64,000 nt of DNA from Acidobacteriota bacterium. Its GTDB lineage: Bacteria; Acidobacteriota; UBA6911. Positions within the stretch are counted from its first letter, which is position 1. Every line of letters starts with the position of its first letter. A program made the position numbers and the translations under genes. The stretch spans positions 4,384,001 to 4,448,000 of the forward strand of contig OY761556.1 in NCBI GenBank assembly GCA_963664705.1. Direction: 5' to 3'. Positions 39,852 through 50,324 of the stretch are shown piece by piece. The notes under the pieces were generated by a model. That model searched no databases. It saw only the letters and a list, made by a program, of their open reading frames with translations, and was not told the DNA's origin.

Positions 39852-40640
39852 ATGAGAAACAGGGATCAGGCACAGGGTTTTACGCTGATTGAAGTGATCA
39901 TCGTCATCGCAATCCTCGCGATCGTCGCCGGTGCAATGGCTCCCCTGGCGGTGCGAATGATCGACAGCACTCGCGAAGATACAACCGTAAAGCGACAGCA
40001 ACTGATCTATCGAGCGATTGTGGGAGATCCCTCGGCACCGGGAGCAGGCTTCCTGAGCGATATTGGAAGGGTCCCCGACGCCGCTCTGATGGAACTGGCG
40101 ACCAGCGGGGCATTACCGCTTTATGCGCTCGATCCTTGCGGTGTCGGTGCCGGCTGGCGCGGCCCCTACATCCTGGAGGGAGTAGATTCCAACGGCAGGC
40201 CTCTCGATGGATGGGGTAAGCCAATGGATTTTTCGGGTGGCCAGATTCGCAGCGGAGGACAGGACCAGGATCTGAACACGGCAGCCGACAATATCGTTTA
40301 CCCGTCAACGCCAATAACAGTAAACAATGTTACCTCAGGAATGAATCTGGGTGTACTTGCGCTGTCCACGGATGTCTCTCCGCCCGTATTCGCCCATGCC
40401 GGCGGACAGATCACTGTCTATTATGCTCAGGACGGAGTTATGCAGTCTCAATCCCTGGCCTCAGGATCCGGGACCTATAGCTACCCGTCCGCTGGTGATC
40501 CGGCATTGCCCCAGGGAATCCATGCGGTCACCATCAAGGCCGATCCCGATGGAGCCGGACCTCAGCCCGCGCTGACGCGTACCATAACGATATATTGCCC
40601 CGGAGGATCCACTGTTCATCAAACTGTTGCACTACGATGA
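39852..40640 (+). CDS. Second prepilin/pseudopilin
   Basis: QG|FTLIEVIIVIAILAIVAG; WRGPY and DGWG motifs. Confidence 0.85.
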   Translation: MRNRDQAQGFTLIEVIIVIAILAIVAGAMAPLAVRMIDSTREDTTVKRQQLIYRAIVGDPSAPGAGFLSDIGRVPDAALMELATSGALPLYALDPCGVGAGWRGPYILEGVDSNGRPLDGWGKPMDFSGGQIRSGGQDQDLNTAADNIVYPSTPITVNNVTSGMNLGVLALSTDVSPPVFAHAGGQITVYYAQDGVMQSQSLASGSGTYSYPSAGDPALPQGIHAVTIKADPDGAGPQPALTRTITIYCPGGSTVHQTVALR

Positions 40641-42184
40641 CCGGATTTGAGATGAAAAATTTATTCATTCCCTTGCGTCGATTGCGGAGAACTCAGCCTT
40701 TTCTCATTCTTGAGATACGAACCCTCAGTGTGCGCTTGCACAAAGTGGAGTCCACACGCAATCCGATCCGTGTTCATCTGCTGAATGAGTGCATCCTGAC
40801 ACCCAACGATGCTCCGATGTTGGCGGATAAGATCCGGGATATTTTGGGTACGGCCTCAGAAATCCGCGATATTGCAATTGTCATGAATTCCCCGGTACTC
40901 AGACATCAGATCCTGGGGATCCCCATCATGAGCGCGACAGAGCGGCAAAAGGTTGTACCGCTTGAAATGAAGCACTCTTTTGACGCATGGGAAACCGCGG
41001 GGACCTTCTCCTTTTGGTCAGCGGGCAAGATCAAAAATGATGAATTGGCCAAGGAATACGTTCTTTGCGGCGAACTGCCGCGCATGGCAGCCGACGAACT
41101 CATCGCAGCCATTTCCCGGCAGAACTATAATGTAATCGGATTTACCTCTCATGCCCAGATGGTTTGCCACCTGCTCAAAGACTGCAGCACGGAAGATAAC
41201 CACAACGTTGCCCTGCTGGAAGTCAATGAGCATGAAGGAAGCGTAACGCTTTTCCATTCAAACATCTGGACCATGGACAGGCACTTCCTGATCGGCCGCT
41301 CCGGCGAATCGGAATCGGGAATATCGGCCGGGTTGGAAATAGAAAAACTCCGCCTCGAGGTGGGCAGAGCGCTTCAGTATTTTAAGCAACAGGTTCGCAG
41401 CGAAAATATCGGCCAGATATTTCTGTTCGGAACCACGCAGGAAGCCGGATTCATCAAGAGCCAGCTGGAGTCCTATTTCCAGATTCCGGTCATTCCGATA
41501 GCCAAGGAGAAAACAGGCGCGGAAGCCGAGTCGGCAGAATCTATCCTGGTTGATATCCCTCATGTCACGGCCCGGAATACTCAATTCGAAAAATATATCA
41601 ATTTCCTGCCGGCACAATGGGGAATGGAGAGGCAGAAAAGGGCCAAGACTGCCGCTCTGGCCTGTGCCGCCGTCCTGCTTTATTCCGTCATAGGAGGCGT
41701 CACGTATCTGCTCCAAAAAGAAGTGGCGATCATCGACCAGGCAGAGAAAACACAATCGCCCCTGTTGACGAATGCGGATCAGGGCTCTGAACAAGCAAAG
41801 CAAATCCAGTCCAGCCGCACCTTCGCGCTGGCAACAGAGCAGTCCTATAACTGGTCCTCCGGGAGGCATAAAACGATTGCCGAACTCATTCGCGAAATGG
41901 CCTCGGCCGCTCCCTCCGAAATGAACATCAGCGAGTTGGAGATAAGCGAAAAAGGAAGCTCCTGGCAGGTGAAGCTAAAGGCCGAGATCCGATCCTCCAA
42001 CGGTTCCCGATCCCAACAGCTGTTTCTGCGGTTCCAGGATCAAATGCAGCGGTTCCCCAAATTGAGACAACTTGCATGGAGTGGAGTGCAGCTGACCGAC
42101 TCCACTACCGTGGACGAAACGATCGCAGAGAATCTTCTTACCTTTTCCATGCAGGGAACCCTGTCGTCCGTTTCACAGCAATAG
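40637..42184 (+). CDS. PilM/PilN (GspL-like) fused assembly protein
   Basis: Actin-like cytoplasmic part (EVGRALQYF), INFLP motif, one TM helix and a periplasmic domain; operon position. Confidence 0.65.
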   Translation: MTGFEMKNLFIPLRRLRRTQPFLILEIRTLSVRLHKVESTRNPIRVHLLNECILTPNDAPMLADKIRDILGTASEIRDIAIVMNSPVLRHQILGIPIMSATERQKVVPLEMKHSFDAWETAGTFSFWSAGKIKNDELAKEYVLCGELPRMAADELIAAISRQNYNVIGFTSHAQMVCHLLKDCSTEDNHNVALLEVNEHEGSVTLFHSNIWTMDRHFLIGRSGESESGISAGLEIEKLRLEVGRALQYFKQQVRSENIGQIFLFGTTQEAGFIKSQLESYFQIPVIPIAKEKTGAEAESAESILVDIPHVTARNTQFEKYINFLPAQWGMERQKRAKTAALACAAVLLYSVIGGVTYLLQKEVAIIDQAEKTQSPLLTNADQGSEQAKQIQSSRTFALATEQSYNWSSGRHKTIAELIREMASAAPSEMNISELEISEKGSSWQVKLKAEIRSSNGSRSQQLFLRFQDQMQRFPKLRQLAWSGVQLTDSTTVDETIAENLLTFSMQGTLSSVSQQ

Positions 42185-42328
42185 GTTCCGAATCAGGCAT
42201 TTTGCAGCCCTTGAGGCGCCGCGGAAAAAACCAACTAATATAAAGTCCGGTTACCGGGAAGTCGATAAACCAATAGGAATTTATCGGTTGCAGGCGATTG
42301 CAGCGTTTGTGCATCAGGAGTAAAGCAA

Positions 42329-42937
42329 ATGAAAAGTCCATGGCAGCTCGGACTGTTGGCTCTGGCTCTCACAAGTGTCTCGGCCTATGACATCTATTTT
42401 TTTAAAAACAGAACACAGGCCCCGATACAAAACGAGAGTGTTTCGCAGCCCGGCTCTGAAGGTGCCGCGATACTCCCAGGACAGGATGCGGCAGCACCTG
42501 ACAGCCCAGATCCGATCCCGCCCATCTCCAGAGAAAACCTGGACCGGCTAGCCATGGAATCCTTTAAGCCGAATGAAGGACCGGAAGAAGATTCCACAAG
42601 CCATTGGCCTTCCCGAGACCCGTTCACAACCACAAAGATTGCTCCACCTCAGGTTTCATCGGTCATTGAAAATCCAGTAGTAAGGATTGAAGTTCCTAAG
42701 CCGGCACCTCCCGCCGAACCGCAATGCGTTTTCACAGGCGCATTGATACAGGGGGGAGATAAGCTGGCATTGATCAACGGAGAACCACTCTCGATCGGAG
42801 CCCAGTTGGGGGATTGGCGTTTGGTCGATATCACGCCGGACCATGTAATCCTCAAAGCAGGAAATGAGAGCCGCACGATACCCTTAAGAGGAGCAACCGC
42901 ATCCGCCGAGTCTGCACCCCGGAAGGATTCGCTGTGA
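42329..42937 (+). CDS. Pilus/T2SS accessory protein (PilP/MshK/GspC-like)
   Basis: RDPF motif, Pro-rich linker and ALING...G..L..I...V beta domain. Confidence 0.6.
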   Translation: MKSPWQLGLLALALTSVSAYDIYFFKNRTQAPIQNESVSQPGSEGAAILPGQDAAAPDSPDPIPPISRENLDRLAMESFKPNEGPEEDSTSHWPSRDPFTTTKIAPPQVSSVIENPVVRIEVPKPAPPAEPQCVFTGALIQGGDKLALINGEPLSIGAQLGDWRLVDITPDHVILKAGNESRTIPLRGATASAESAPRKDSL

Positions 42938-43617
42938 TTCCAGCAATTTTCAGTGCCAAAAAGCGTCGGCTCAGCATGCTTCTGATCTTTGTCATCGGTC
43001 CGACGATCATTCATTTGACCATTGTCAATCCACTCCTGGACCGAATGTCTGCCTATCAGGATCGAATTCAGGCCAAGAAAGCCGGCGTAGCACTGGTCTC
43101 AAATGCCCCGGCACCGGCCTCAGATCAGGAGTGGGCCCAACTTGAGGAGATTAAGGACAGCGAGCTTTCTCGCCTGAAAAAGGTGGACAGCCGCAAATCA
43201 CTGCTGCAGTTCAGTGGAGCACTGGCGGACGCACTCGCTTCCGATGCTCAATCCTATGGACTAAAGGTCACTGGCGTGGACATCGATAACGCGCTGATCA
43301 AGGCCACTTATGTCCCTTCAGAAGATCAGGCGATGGAAAGACTGGCATCCTTGCCCGGCGTACAATGGCCCGAGTTGAAGGATCCGCTGGCAATTCCCAT
43401 GCGGCATCTGCCCTCGCTAGATATCCAGATGACCGTCGTTTCCGAATATTCAAAGGTTTTTTCTTTTATTGAAGCATTGCCTGAGTTTCCTGTGCCGGTT
43501 GTGCTTACAAATCTTGGGACCGTGGATGGCCCCCAGGCCAAGGCTTTTCGTTTGAAATTCCGCGGCTATTACTATTCCCCAGGCCAGGTACCCGTGGAGT
43601 TACAGGCAAGCAACTAA
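42934..43617 (+). CDS. PilO/MshJ/GspM-like protein
   Basis: One N-terminal TM helix, coiled coil and EYSKVFSFIEAL; operon position. Confidence 0.55.
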   Translation: MIPAIFSAKKRRLSMLLIFVIGPTIIHLTIVNPLLDRMSAYQDRIQAKKAGVALVSNAPAPASDQEWAQLEEIKDSELSRLKKVDSRKSLLQFSGALADALASDAQSYGLKVTGVDIDNALIKATYVPSEDQAMERLASLPGVQWPELKDPLAIPMRHLPSLDIQMTVVSEYSKVFSFIEALPEFPVPVVLTNLGTVDGPQAKAFRLKFRGYYYSPGQVPVELQASN

Positions 43618-43702
43618 TACCCGATATTGCGGCGCAACGGCATACCACGCCGCCCAAACAGCTTTGATCTCATTAGCACCGAGCAGGGAGAAAAAGGAAT
43701 TC

Positions 43703-45451
43703 ATGCCAATAAAAACGAGCTCGAATTCGCACAAAATACTTCGATATTCGGCATATATCGGGTTGCTTGGACTTATGCTGCTGGCGGTGCAGCCTCAAAG
43801 CAAAGCTGTACAGCTGCTGGTATTGTCCTCCGAAACAGCCAAGCCCCCTTCGGGACCGGGCGACCCCAAATCCCGTTTCTCCCTGACATTCAAAGATGCT
43901 CATTTGCGTGAATTGCTTCTGCTTCTCACCAAGAACAGCAACTATAGCCTGGTAATGGAACCCGGTATCGATACAACTATCCCCGCGATGGATTTGAAAA
44001 ATGTGACTCTCGAGGAGGCGCTCCAGTCCATCCTGCCGGACCTTGGTCTCGAGTATCGATTTGACAGAGGCTTTTTGAGGATTACTCGCCCAGGAATGCA
44101 AACCCGTCTTTTCTATCTGAACTATATTGCCGCATCGCGCAGTGGAAAGCGCGATATGAATATGTCCTCGCGCTCGCAAACCGGCGGCGGGAATGGCGGC
44201 ACGGGCAGCTCGTCAAGCACCTCTGCTTCCTCCGGCGGGAACAACCAATCCGGCAATTCGGGCGGGAGCACCTCGGAAAATAAGAGCTCCATCATTACCG
44301 CCAATACGTCCGAGGTTTGGACCGACCTTCGTCTGGGACTGGAGAGCATTCTCTTCCCCAGCGGCGCGGAAAAAGAACCGGATCGAACCAATAACGAAGC
44401 TGCCGTTCCCTACGCAACAGCAATGCGGGATCCGGAGGGCCGTCGCCTTCTTATCAACCCCCAGGCCGGACTGGTCATGATTCATGCAGAACCTTCCTCG
44501 CTCAACGAAGCGGCACAATATATCGAAGCCGTGGAAGGATCGATTCAACGCCAGGTGCTGATAGAGGCAAAGGTGGTTGAAGTCACACTCTCCAAGGATC
44601 ATCAGTTGGGCGTCAACTGGGCCTCCATTCTCAATCCCACTTCAGGTTTCACCGGATTGCTTTCCTCTTCACTGGGTGTCACCTCACCATCAGCCTCGCT
44701 ATCGACCGGTTCTGTTTTGAACCAGAGCGTAAATGCCTCGCTGGGGCAGGCCCAGTACTCTATCAGCAACGGCAAGGTTGGCATGGTCATAGACGCGCTG
44801 TCCAGACAGGGACAGTTGCGCGTGCTGTCAAGTCCTCGTATTTCAACGCTCAACAATCAGAAGGCCGTTATCAGAGTCGTGCGCGAAGAGGTTTTCTTTA
44901 CCCAGTCGTCCATCGTTTCCCAGAGCATTGGCCCGACCGTAACTACGGAAAACATAGAAAATTTGATCGTTCCGATCGGGGTTGTGCTGGACATTATCCC
45001 CCAAATCTCCGCCGACGGTGAGATTACCCTGAGCATCAATCCCAGCATCAGCGAATTGGTAGAGGTCCGCAAATTTTCCAGCAGCCAGGGAGACTCGGTT
45101 TCCACTCAACCCGTAATCGACCGTCGAGACCTCGACACGGTGGCCAAGGTTCATAGCGGCGAAACCGTCCTGATTGCAGGAATCATGCGTGAACGAAAAG
45201 CCGAGGATCTTCGAGGAGTTCCATGGCTGATGCATCTGCCATTTGTGGGGAATGCATTTCGCCGAACCGAACAAAGCACAAGCCAGACAGAATTGGTCAT
45301 ATTTATCACGCCCACTCTCCTGACCGGAAAAACCATGGCCGACATAACCCAGCAGGAAAAGGAGCGCTTCCAGGAACTGGAACGGCCTTTTAAACTGGGA
45401 ACAGCCAACTCCATAAAAGAAGGATTGAAGGGAGAAATAGGCATTCGCTAA
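43703..45451 (+). CDS. Secretin (MshL/GspD type) with Ser/Gly-rich loop
   Basis: STN-like N-domain, LNYI + S/G-rich loop, QVLIEAKVVEV, LSSPRISTLNNQKA and ELVIFITP motifs. Confidence 0.92.
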   Translation: MPIKTSSNSHKILRYSAYIGLLGLMLLAVQPQSKAVQLLVLSSETAKPPSGPGDPKSRFSLTFKDAHLRELLLLLTKNSNYSLVMEPGIDTTIPAMDLKNVTLEEALQSILPDLGLEYRFDRGFLRITRPGMQTRLFYLNYIAASRSGKRDMNMSSRSQTGGGNGGTGSSSSTSASSGGNNQSGNSGGSTSENKSSIITANTSEVWTDLRLGLESILFPSGAEKEPDRTNNEAAVPYATAMRDPEGRRLLINPQAGLVMIHAEPSSLNEAAQYIEAVEGSIQRQVLIEAKVVEVTLSKDHQLGVNWASILNPTSGFTGLLSSSLGVTSPSASLSTGSVLNQSVNASLGQAQYSISNGKVGMVIDALSRQGQLRVLSSPRISTLNNQKAVIRVVREEVFFTQSSIVSQSIGPTVTTENIENLIVPIGVVLDIIPQISADGEITLSINPSISELVEVRKFSSSQGDSVSTQPVIDRRDLDTVAKVHSGETVLIAGIMRERKAEDLRGVPWLMHLPFVGNAFRRTEQSTSQTELVIFITPTLLTGKTMADITQQEKERFQELERPFKLGTANSIKEGLKGEIGIR

Positions 45452-45489
45452 GCCCCTGAAATAGAGGCGTGGCCCGATTCCAGGCAAGC

Positions 45490-45512
45490 GGTCAGGGAAT
45501 TTTTCCCTGACC
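45490..45512. terminator. Hairpin after the secretin gene (GGTCAGGGAA-TTT-TTCCCTGACC)
   Basis: Perfect 10-bp stem 38 nt past the stop codon; no clear U-tract. Confidence 0.5.
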
Positions 45513-45835
45513 AATCACTAAACGCCTGCAACGCATTACTCCATCCAGGCCAACCCAACACAAATACTCATAGGACCGGAACCTGTTCTCGAACAGATCT
45601 CCGACCCTTGTTGCACGAATACCATGCGGTAGGGGCGAAGAGCCGGGAATAGGGGGAATCATGTGGTGCAAACTCCTATAAATACTTATATTTACTCTTA
45701 TCCCGTCCCTGGTGCTTGCTTAGGTCCGAAACAGACTTTTTGTAATCCCCATTTCCACTTTCAATAGCCGTAGGACTTAAAACCTCGCCCCGGACCACCA
45801 AATGACCCGGACCAAAAAAATGCAAATAACGCAGC

Positions 45836-45851
45836 TGGCACGACAATTGCT
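45836..45851 (+). promoter_or_regulatory. Sigma-54 (-24/-12) promoter
   Basis: TGGCACGACAATTGCT matches TGGCACG-N4-TTGCW; 78 nt upstream of the PEGA gene. Confidence 0.75.
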
Positions 45852-45929
45852 ATTTTCCTGATCGAGTGTTGTTGTCACCAAAAGTGGAAAAGGGAGTCTA
45901 TTCCACTGACAGGCGATTGGGAGGTTCTT

Positions 45930-46481
45930 ATGGACCGCAAACGAGTTTGTTATAGCTGCGGAACCGAATATCCGGACAGCATTCGGTTTTGTCCAAAGGA
46001 CAGTGCAGATCTCGAATACGCGCCTCTGACCTTGGATGACATTTCCAATGGGACCGGTCGGCACATGAATCGAATCGGGAAAATCCTGATTCGCGGGGTT
46101 CTGGCAATCCTCCTGATTGCATCCGGATTTGTGCTCAATTCCGTGGTCCGCAGCCTCGTTCCGGATACCTTCGAGCGCGGAGACCTGACTGTCAGGACAA
46201 CGCCATCCGGCGCCAGGGTGTACCTTGACGGTTCCCAGGTAGGTGTCTCGCCGGTGCGTCTTGCAGACATACCAACCGGCGTTCATGAGGTCAGAGCCGT
46301 GTTTCCCGGATACCTGGATGGTCAGGCCAGCGTTGAGATTCTGCCCAGTGCCAACCAGAAGGTGGACTGGGATTTATCTCCGTTGCCCTCTTATCGCCAA
46401 GGGATCGACAAGAAAAAATTCATCGCCAGATCCACTCCTGCTGCTTATGGCGACACCGTGCTGATCGCACAGATGCGCTAA
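45930..46481 (+). CDS. Zinc-ribbon / TM / PEGA-domain protein
   Basis: CYSC..FCPKD, one TM helix and LTVRTTPSGARVYLDG..VG.SP...G.HEV (PEGA). Confidence 0.82.
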   Translation: MDRKRVCYSCGTEYPDSIRFCPKDSADLEYAPLTLDDISNGTGRHMNRIGKILIRGVLAILLIASGFVLNSVVRSLVPDTFERGDLTVRTTPSGARVYLDGSQVGVSPVRLADIPTGVHEVRAVFPGYLDGQASVEILPSANQKVDWDLSPLPSYRQGIDKKKFIARSTPAAYGDTVLIAQMR

Positions 46482-46510
46482 CAGTCTAATAACTTGGGAC
46501 TCAGGATATT

Positions 46511-47590
46511 TTAACTCCACCAGCCTTTGGATTTAAAATAGAGGACCATCGCAACCGAGAGAACTGCCATCAGCACTATGGAGTAGGGGTATCCAAGCAT
46601 CCACTTTAATTCCGGCATATGCTCAAAGTTCATCCCATAGATCCCGGCAATGAGAGTTGGCGGCAGGAAAATTGCTGAAATAACCGTCAACACCTTCATT
46701 GTTTCGTTGGTACGGTTGCTGATGCTGGACAGATACACCTCCATCAGCCCCGACGTTACATCCCGATAATTTTCCAGCAGATCAATGATCTGCACAACGT
46801 GATCGTAGCAATCGCGCAGATAAACCCTTTCTTCTTCGTCAATAAGCGGAATGGGTTCGCGATGCAGAATATTCATCGTCTCTCGAAGGGGCCAGGCGGC
46901 GCGGCGCAGTGCCAGAAGCCCGTGCCTCATTTCGTGGATTTGCTCGAAAAACTTGCCAGTCGGCTGGGAGACAATGGCGTCCTCGAGTTCTTCGAGTTTT
47001 TCGCCATATCGTTCCAGTACAGGGAAATATCCGTCAATGGCAGCATCGACCAGGGCATAGGTCAGATGATCGGGCCCCGCGGTTCTCGATCGGCCCTTCC
47101 CCTCCCTGATTCTATCCAGTACGGGATCGAAGTATTTGCCCGGCTGCTCCTGGAAGCTGAGTACGAAATTCTTCCCTAGAAAAATGCTGATCTGCTCGGA
47201 GCCAAACCCCTCCTCTTGCCGGACAGCCCGGAGGACTATATAACAGTGGTTATTATATTGTTCTACCTTTGGCCGCTGATGGACGTTGAGTACATCCTCC
47301 AGCGCAAGCCGATGAATGCCGAAAAGCTCGCCTAGCTGGGTGACTATGGAAAGGTCGCCCAGTCCCGTCACTCGGACCCAGGTAACAGGATATTTACTGA
47401 GAAATTCGGGTATCGCCTGGACATTGTCGATATCCTTTTCGACCACCCTTTCCTGCCCATACGCCATCACATGCATGATCGGCCTGGGAGAATTGGGATC
47501 TACAATGAGCGTACCCGGGGCACTGCCAGGTGAAGCCCTGCGGGAAAATGCGGAGCTGCGAATCCGTTTCCTATTGGTCTTGCGCGACAT
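46511..47590 (-). CDS. corA: Mg/Co transporter CorA
   Basis: HRLALED, QRPKVE, YLRDCYDH and YGMNF..MPEL motifs. Confidence 0.95.
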   Translation of the reverse strand: MSRKTNRKRIRSSAFSRRASPGSAPGTLIVDPNSPRPIMHVMAYGQERVVEKDIDNVQAIPEFLSKYPVTWVRVTGLGDLSIVTQLGELFGIHRLALEDVLNVHQRPKVEQYNNHCYIVLRAVRQEEGFGSEQISIFLGKNFVLSFQEQPGKYFDPVLDRIREGKGRSRTAGPDHLTYALVDAAIDGYFPVLERYGEKLEELEDAIVSQPTGKFFEQIHEMRHGLLALRRAAWPLRETMNILHREPIPLIDEEERVYLRDCYDHVVQIIDLLENYRDVTSGLMEVYLSSISNRTNETMKVLTVISAIFLPPTLIAGIYGMNFEHMPELKWMLGYPYSIVLMAVLSVAMVLYFKSKGWWS

Positions 47591-47669
47591 GACTCTGCCT
47601 CCAGGTGCTTCTGACCTGAAGAAACGCTAAACCGGCCGCGATGCTGACAGCGGCAATCCTGCCATGGGT

Positions 47670-49667
47670 TCAGCGAGACCCCAGATCTACGCGAAAATGA
47701 AAATCGACCGGGAACCAGGTATCCGGATCGGGCGCATCAGAGTCGCGAATTCCGACAATGCGGTAGTTCCCATTCCGGCTCAACTGGCCCAGATGAATCC
47801 GGTTGGGTTCCGCCAAAGCCCATCGGCGAAGAATCGGCATAGGCTCCCCGTCAATTTCAAAAAATAAGTCTACAAACCTGGCCTTCAACCCATCGATTTC
47901 CCCATCAAAGTATTTGCCCACAACACGGCCGGTCATTCCCACCACGCCGGCTTGGCCGAATTTCGGACGGTAGAGGAGATCCGGCACCGGCTTCGCCGTT
48001 GTCCGAACCGGATTTCCGGCCATCCCGCACAGGAACCCACGATTCTCCCTTTTGTCGCGAGACTCGATTTCGTAACAGGATCGGGTGTCGATGTTCAATC
48101 CGTATGCCATCGTATCCAGGCGAGCCAGCCCGATCTCCTGGGCATTGCGAAGGAAAAGCAGCCGGTGAACTCCGTCATAACCGGAAAGCATCCGCTCTAT
48201 TTTCGCGTCCACCCATGGAATCTTGCCGGGGGCGGAAAAAGTAGAAGACACCCGAACAAAGCGTGTCGTGGCAGGAAACGAGGGCACGATGTAAGAAACC
48301 GGCTCGTACCCGGACATCAGAATAACGCATTTATCGAGGTCCTCAATATCGGGGACCTTCAGCTTTAGCAGGTCATCTGCAAATTCGCTGCGCCCAAAAT
48401 GGATCGGCAGTGCAACTCCGATTGTAATGACCAGGACGGCACCGGCAAATACCAGGATTCCGATTTCTCTCCGGACAAGATAGCGAACAGCCACAATCAG
48501 GAATATGGGAGCCAGAAGCTCCAATACCGCGAGGTATCGATAGATCGAGGATAGACGAATCCAGCTGACATAGGAAATTACATAAAATATGGATAGGAAA
48601 GCCAGTACCCGGCCGTCCGCTGAGAACGGAGGACTCGAAGGAACGGACGACCCGGTAACGCCCGGGGCGCGATGACGAAAATTCGACAGACACCATCTGC
48701 CGGCAAGGATAATCAGGAGGGTGTAGCATAGTGCCAGCCGCACGTCTCTGAACTCAACCTCGCTGACCAGCGTATTCTTCCGGACAAAAAAGAAGGGATA
48801 GAGAATGAGCTGCTGCCAGTTCCGCGGCAAAAAGCGGTCGTCAAGGAAGTTGCTGTCACTGAAATATTGGGAATGAAAGAGCTTGTTGAGATAAGGGAAT
48901 ACCGGATTCTGATAGGAAAGATACAGTTGAGTTCCCCAAAATCCATACGTCGCTAAGAAGCCGATGAGCGACCCACCTGCAGCGGCGAAACAAACTCTCC
49001 CGCAGCCCCGGGATTTTACAAAAACCAATGGCAGAGCCAGCAGGAATCCCAGAAGGTAAATTGCGGATGTCGATTTCAGCCCAAAGGCCGCTCCCACCAG
49101 GGAACCCGCGATGGCAAAGGTTGTCACAATCCCTTTGCCGGATATCTCTCCTGTTTTCAGATGAGGCGCAATCAGCAGCAATCCCGCCAGGACCGGAATG
49201 CTGATGATATTGTCGCCATAGGTGGCGCCAAGCTCAGTCGTTGAGGTGATTCCGTAGTAACCGGCACCGGCGCACATAAGGCCAAGAGCATAACGATAGA
49301 GCAGCTTCGACTCCGAAAAAAGAATCTGGATAATCCTGAATACAAAGTAGAAATTCAGCCCCTGGACAGCTCCCAGCAATGCCGCAGCCCACCTGGCAGA
49401 CAGGTGTGCCAAAGTCCAATAGGAAAGCACATGGATGAGCGGATTGTGAAAGCTTTGAATCTGGGCGGGAGCCAAATCATATCCAAACGGCTTATGTAAA
49501 AGGGCAAACCCGGAGTAAAAATGATAGTTGAAGAGATCGAAGCCGGCATCCTGTCCGGCGAGAATAGCCAGACATGCCGAGCCCACCATTGACAGGCAGA
49601 GAATCGTCCAGTGACGGCCCTTCTGCCATCCTTTATTGTCGTTCATCCGTTTACCCTGGCGTTTCAT
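47670..49667 (-). CDS. Polytopic membrane protein, probable GT-C superfamily glycosyltransferase
   Basis: DLFNYH...DLAPAQIQSFHNP loop, GLK, NPVFPY, YRY motifs and about 12 TM segments. Confidence 0.6.
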   Translation of the reverse strand: MKRQGKRMNDNKGWQKGRHWTILCLSMVGSACLAILAGQDAGFDLFNYHFYSGFALLHKPFGYDLAPAQIQSFHNPLIHVLSYWTLAHLSARWAAALLGAVQGLNFYFVFRIIQILFSESKLLYRYALGLMCAGAGYYGITSTTELGATYGDNIISIPVLAGLLLIAPHLKTGEISGKGIVTTFAIAGSLVGAAFGLKSTSAIYLLGFLLALPLVFVKSRGCGRVCFAAAGGSLIGFLATYGFWGTQLYLSYQNPVFPYLNKLFHSQYFSDSNFLDDRFLPRNWQQLILYPFFFVRKNTLVSEVEFRDVRLALCYTLLIILAGRWCLSNFRHRAPGVTGSSVPSSPPFSADGRVLAFLSIFYVISYVSWIRLSSIYRYLAVLELLAPIFLIVAVRYLVRREIGILVFAGAVLVITIGVALPIHFGRSEFADDLLKLKVPDIEDLDKCVILMSGYEPVSYIVPSFPATTRFVRVSSTFSAPGKIPWVDAKIERMLSGYDGVHRLLFLRNAQEIGLARLDTMAYGLNIDTRSCYEIESRDKRENRGFLCGMAGNPVRTTAKPVPDLLYRPKFGQAGVVGMTGRVVGKYFDGEIDGLKARFVDLFFEIDGEPMPILRRWALAEPNRIHLGQLSRNGNYRIVGIRDSDAPDPDTWFPVDFHFRVDLGSR

Positions 49668-49796
49668 CTGCCATTATGACGTAGCAGTATGTGCGGACGT
49701 AACTAATTTTGCATATTGTCGGCACCGGCAAAGATTCAGCATCGGGGTATGCCCCCCCAAAGTGAGATTTAGGAGAAGAAGTGGGAAGTGCCGATT

Positions 49797-50324
49797 TTAT
49801 GGATAGGTGACTCGTAGCCCGTCGACCCGGGCAAACTCAGTCAGATGATGCGGCTTCACGCTTGTTGCGCTGAAAATGTCGCAGACCTTTACTCCGCGCG
49901 CGACAAGGGCGTCTCCAATAAGCGATCGATGGCAGCGCCATGGAACGGCTTCGGCGCACATGATCACGGTTCTTTTCTCCTTTGACAGTTCGACAAGCGC
50001 CATCAGGGCCCTGGCAAACTCAGGCGTCTGCATATAATCCGCAAAACCGCGGAACGATGGATTATGCCATCCGGCATTGAGAGAATGCTTCAGCGGATGC
50101 CGTAATCCGCCCAGGTCCTTCATGTGCCGATATTCCATGCCCCCCCCGCGCAGAGCCTGGGCCAGCGTATCCTGCCCGAATTGCGGGTTGTGCCGTGAGC
50201 GTGGAACTGAGCGGATATCTATAAGTTGCCGAATCTCATAATGCTGCAGCAGGCCCAGGAAATCCTCGATACTGCGCGTTGAATGACCAATGGTGTATAG
50301 TGCCCCCGCCTCCGCTCCTGCCAC
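49797..50324 (-). CDS. DUF488 family protein (start uncertain)
   Basis: YTIGHS, DIRSVPRSR..PQF, LGG.R and MCAEAVPWRCHRSLI motifs. Confidence 0.88.
   Translation of the reverse strand: MAGAEAGALYTIGHSTRSIEDFLGLLQHYEIRQLIDIRSVPRSRHNPQFGQDTLAQALRGGGMEYRHMKDLGGLRHPLKHSLNAGWHNPSFRGFADYMQTPEFARALMALVELSKEKRTVIMCAEAVPWRCHRSLIGDALVARGVKVCDIFSATSVKPHHLTEFARVDGLRVTYP

Noticed and set aside
45640-45690. AATAGGGGGAATC...GGTGCAAACTCC resembling a cobalamin riboswitch core
   Set aside because: The downstream CCC-GCxACTG and B12-box elements are missing, and no B12-related gene follows.
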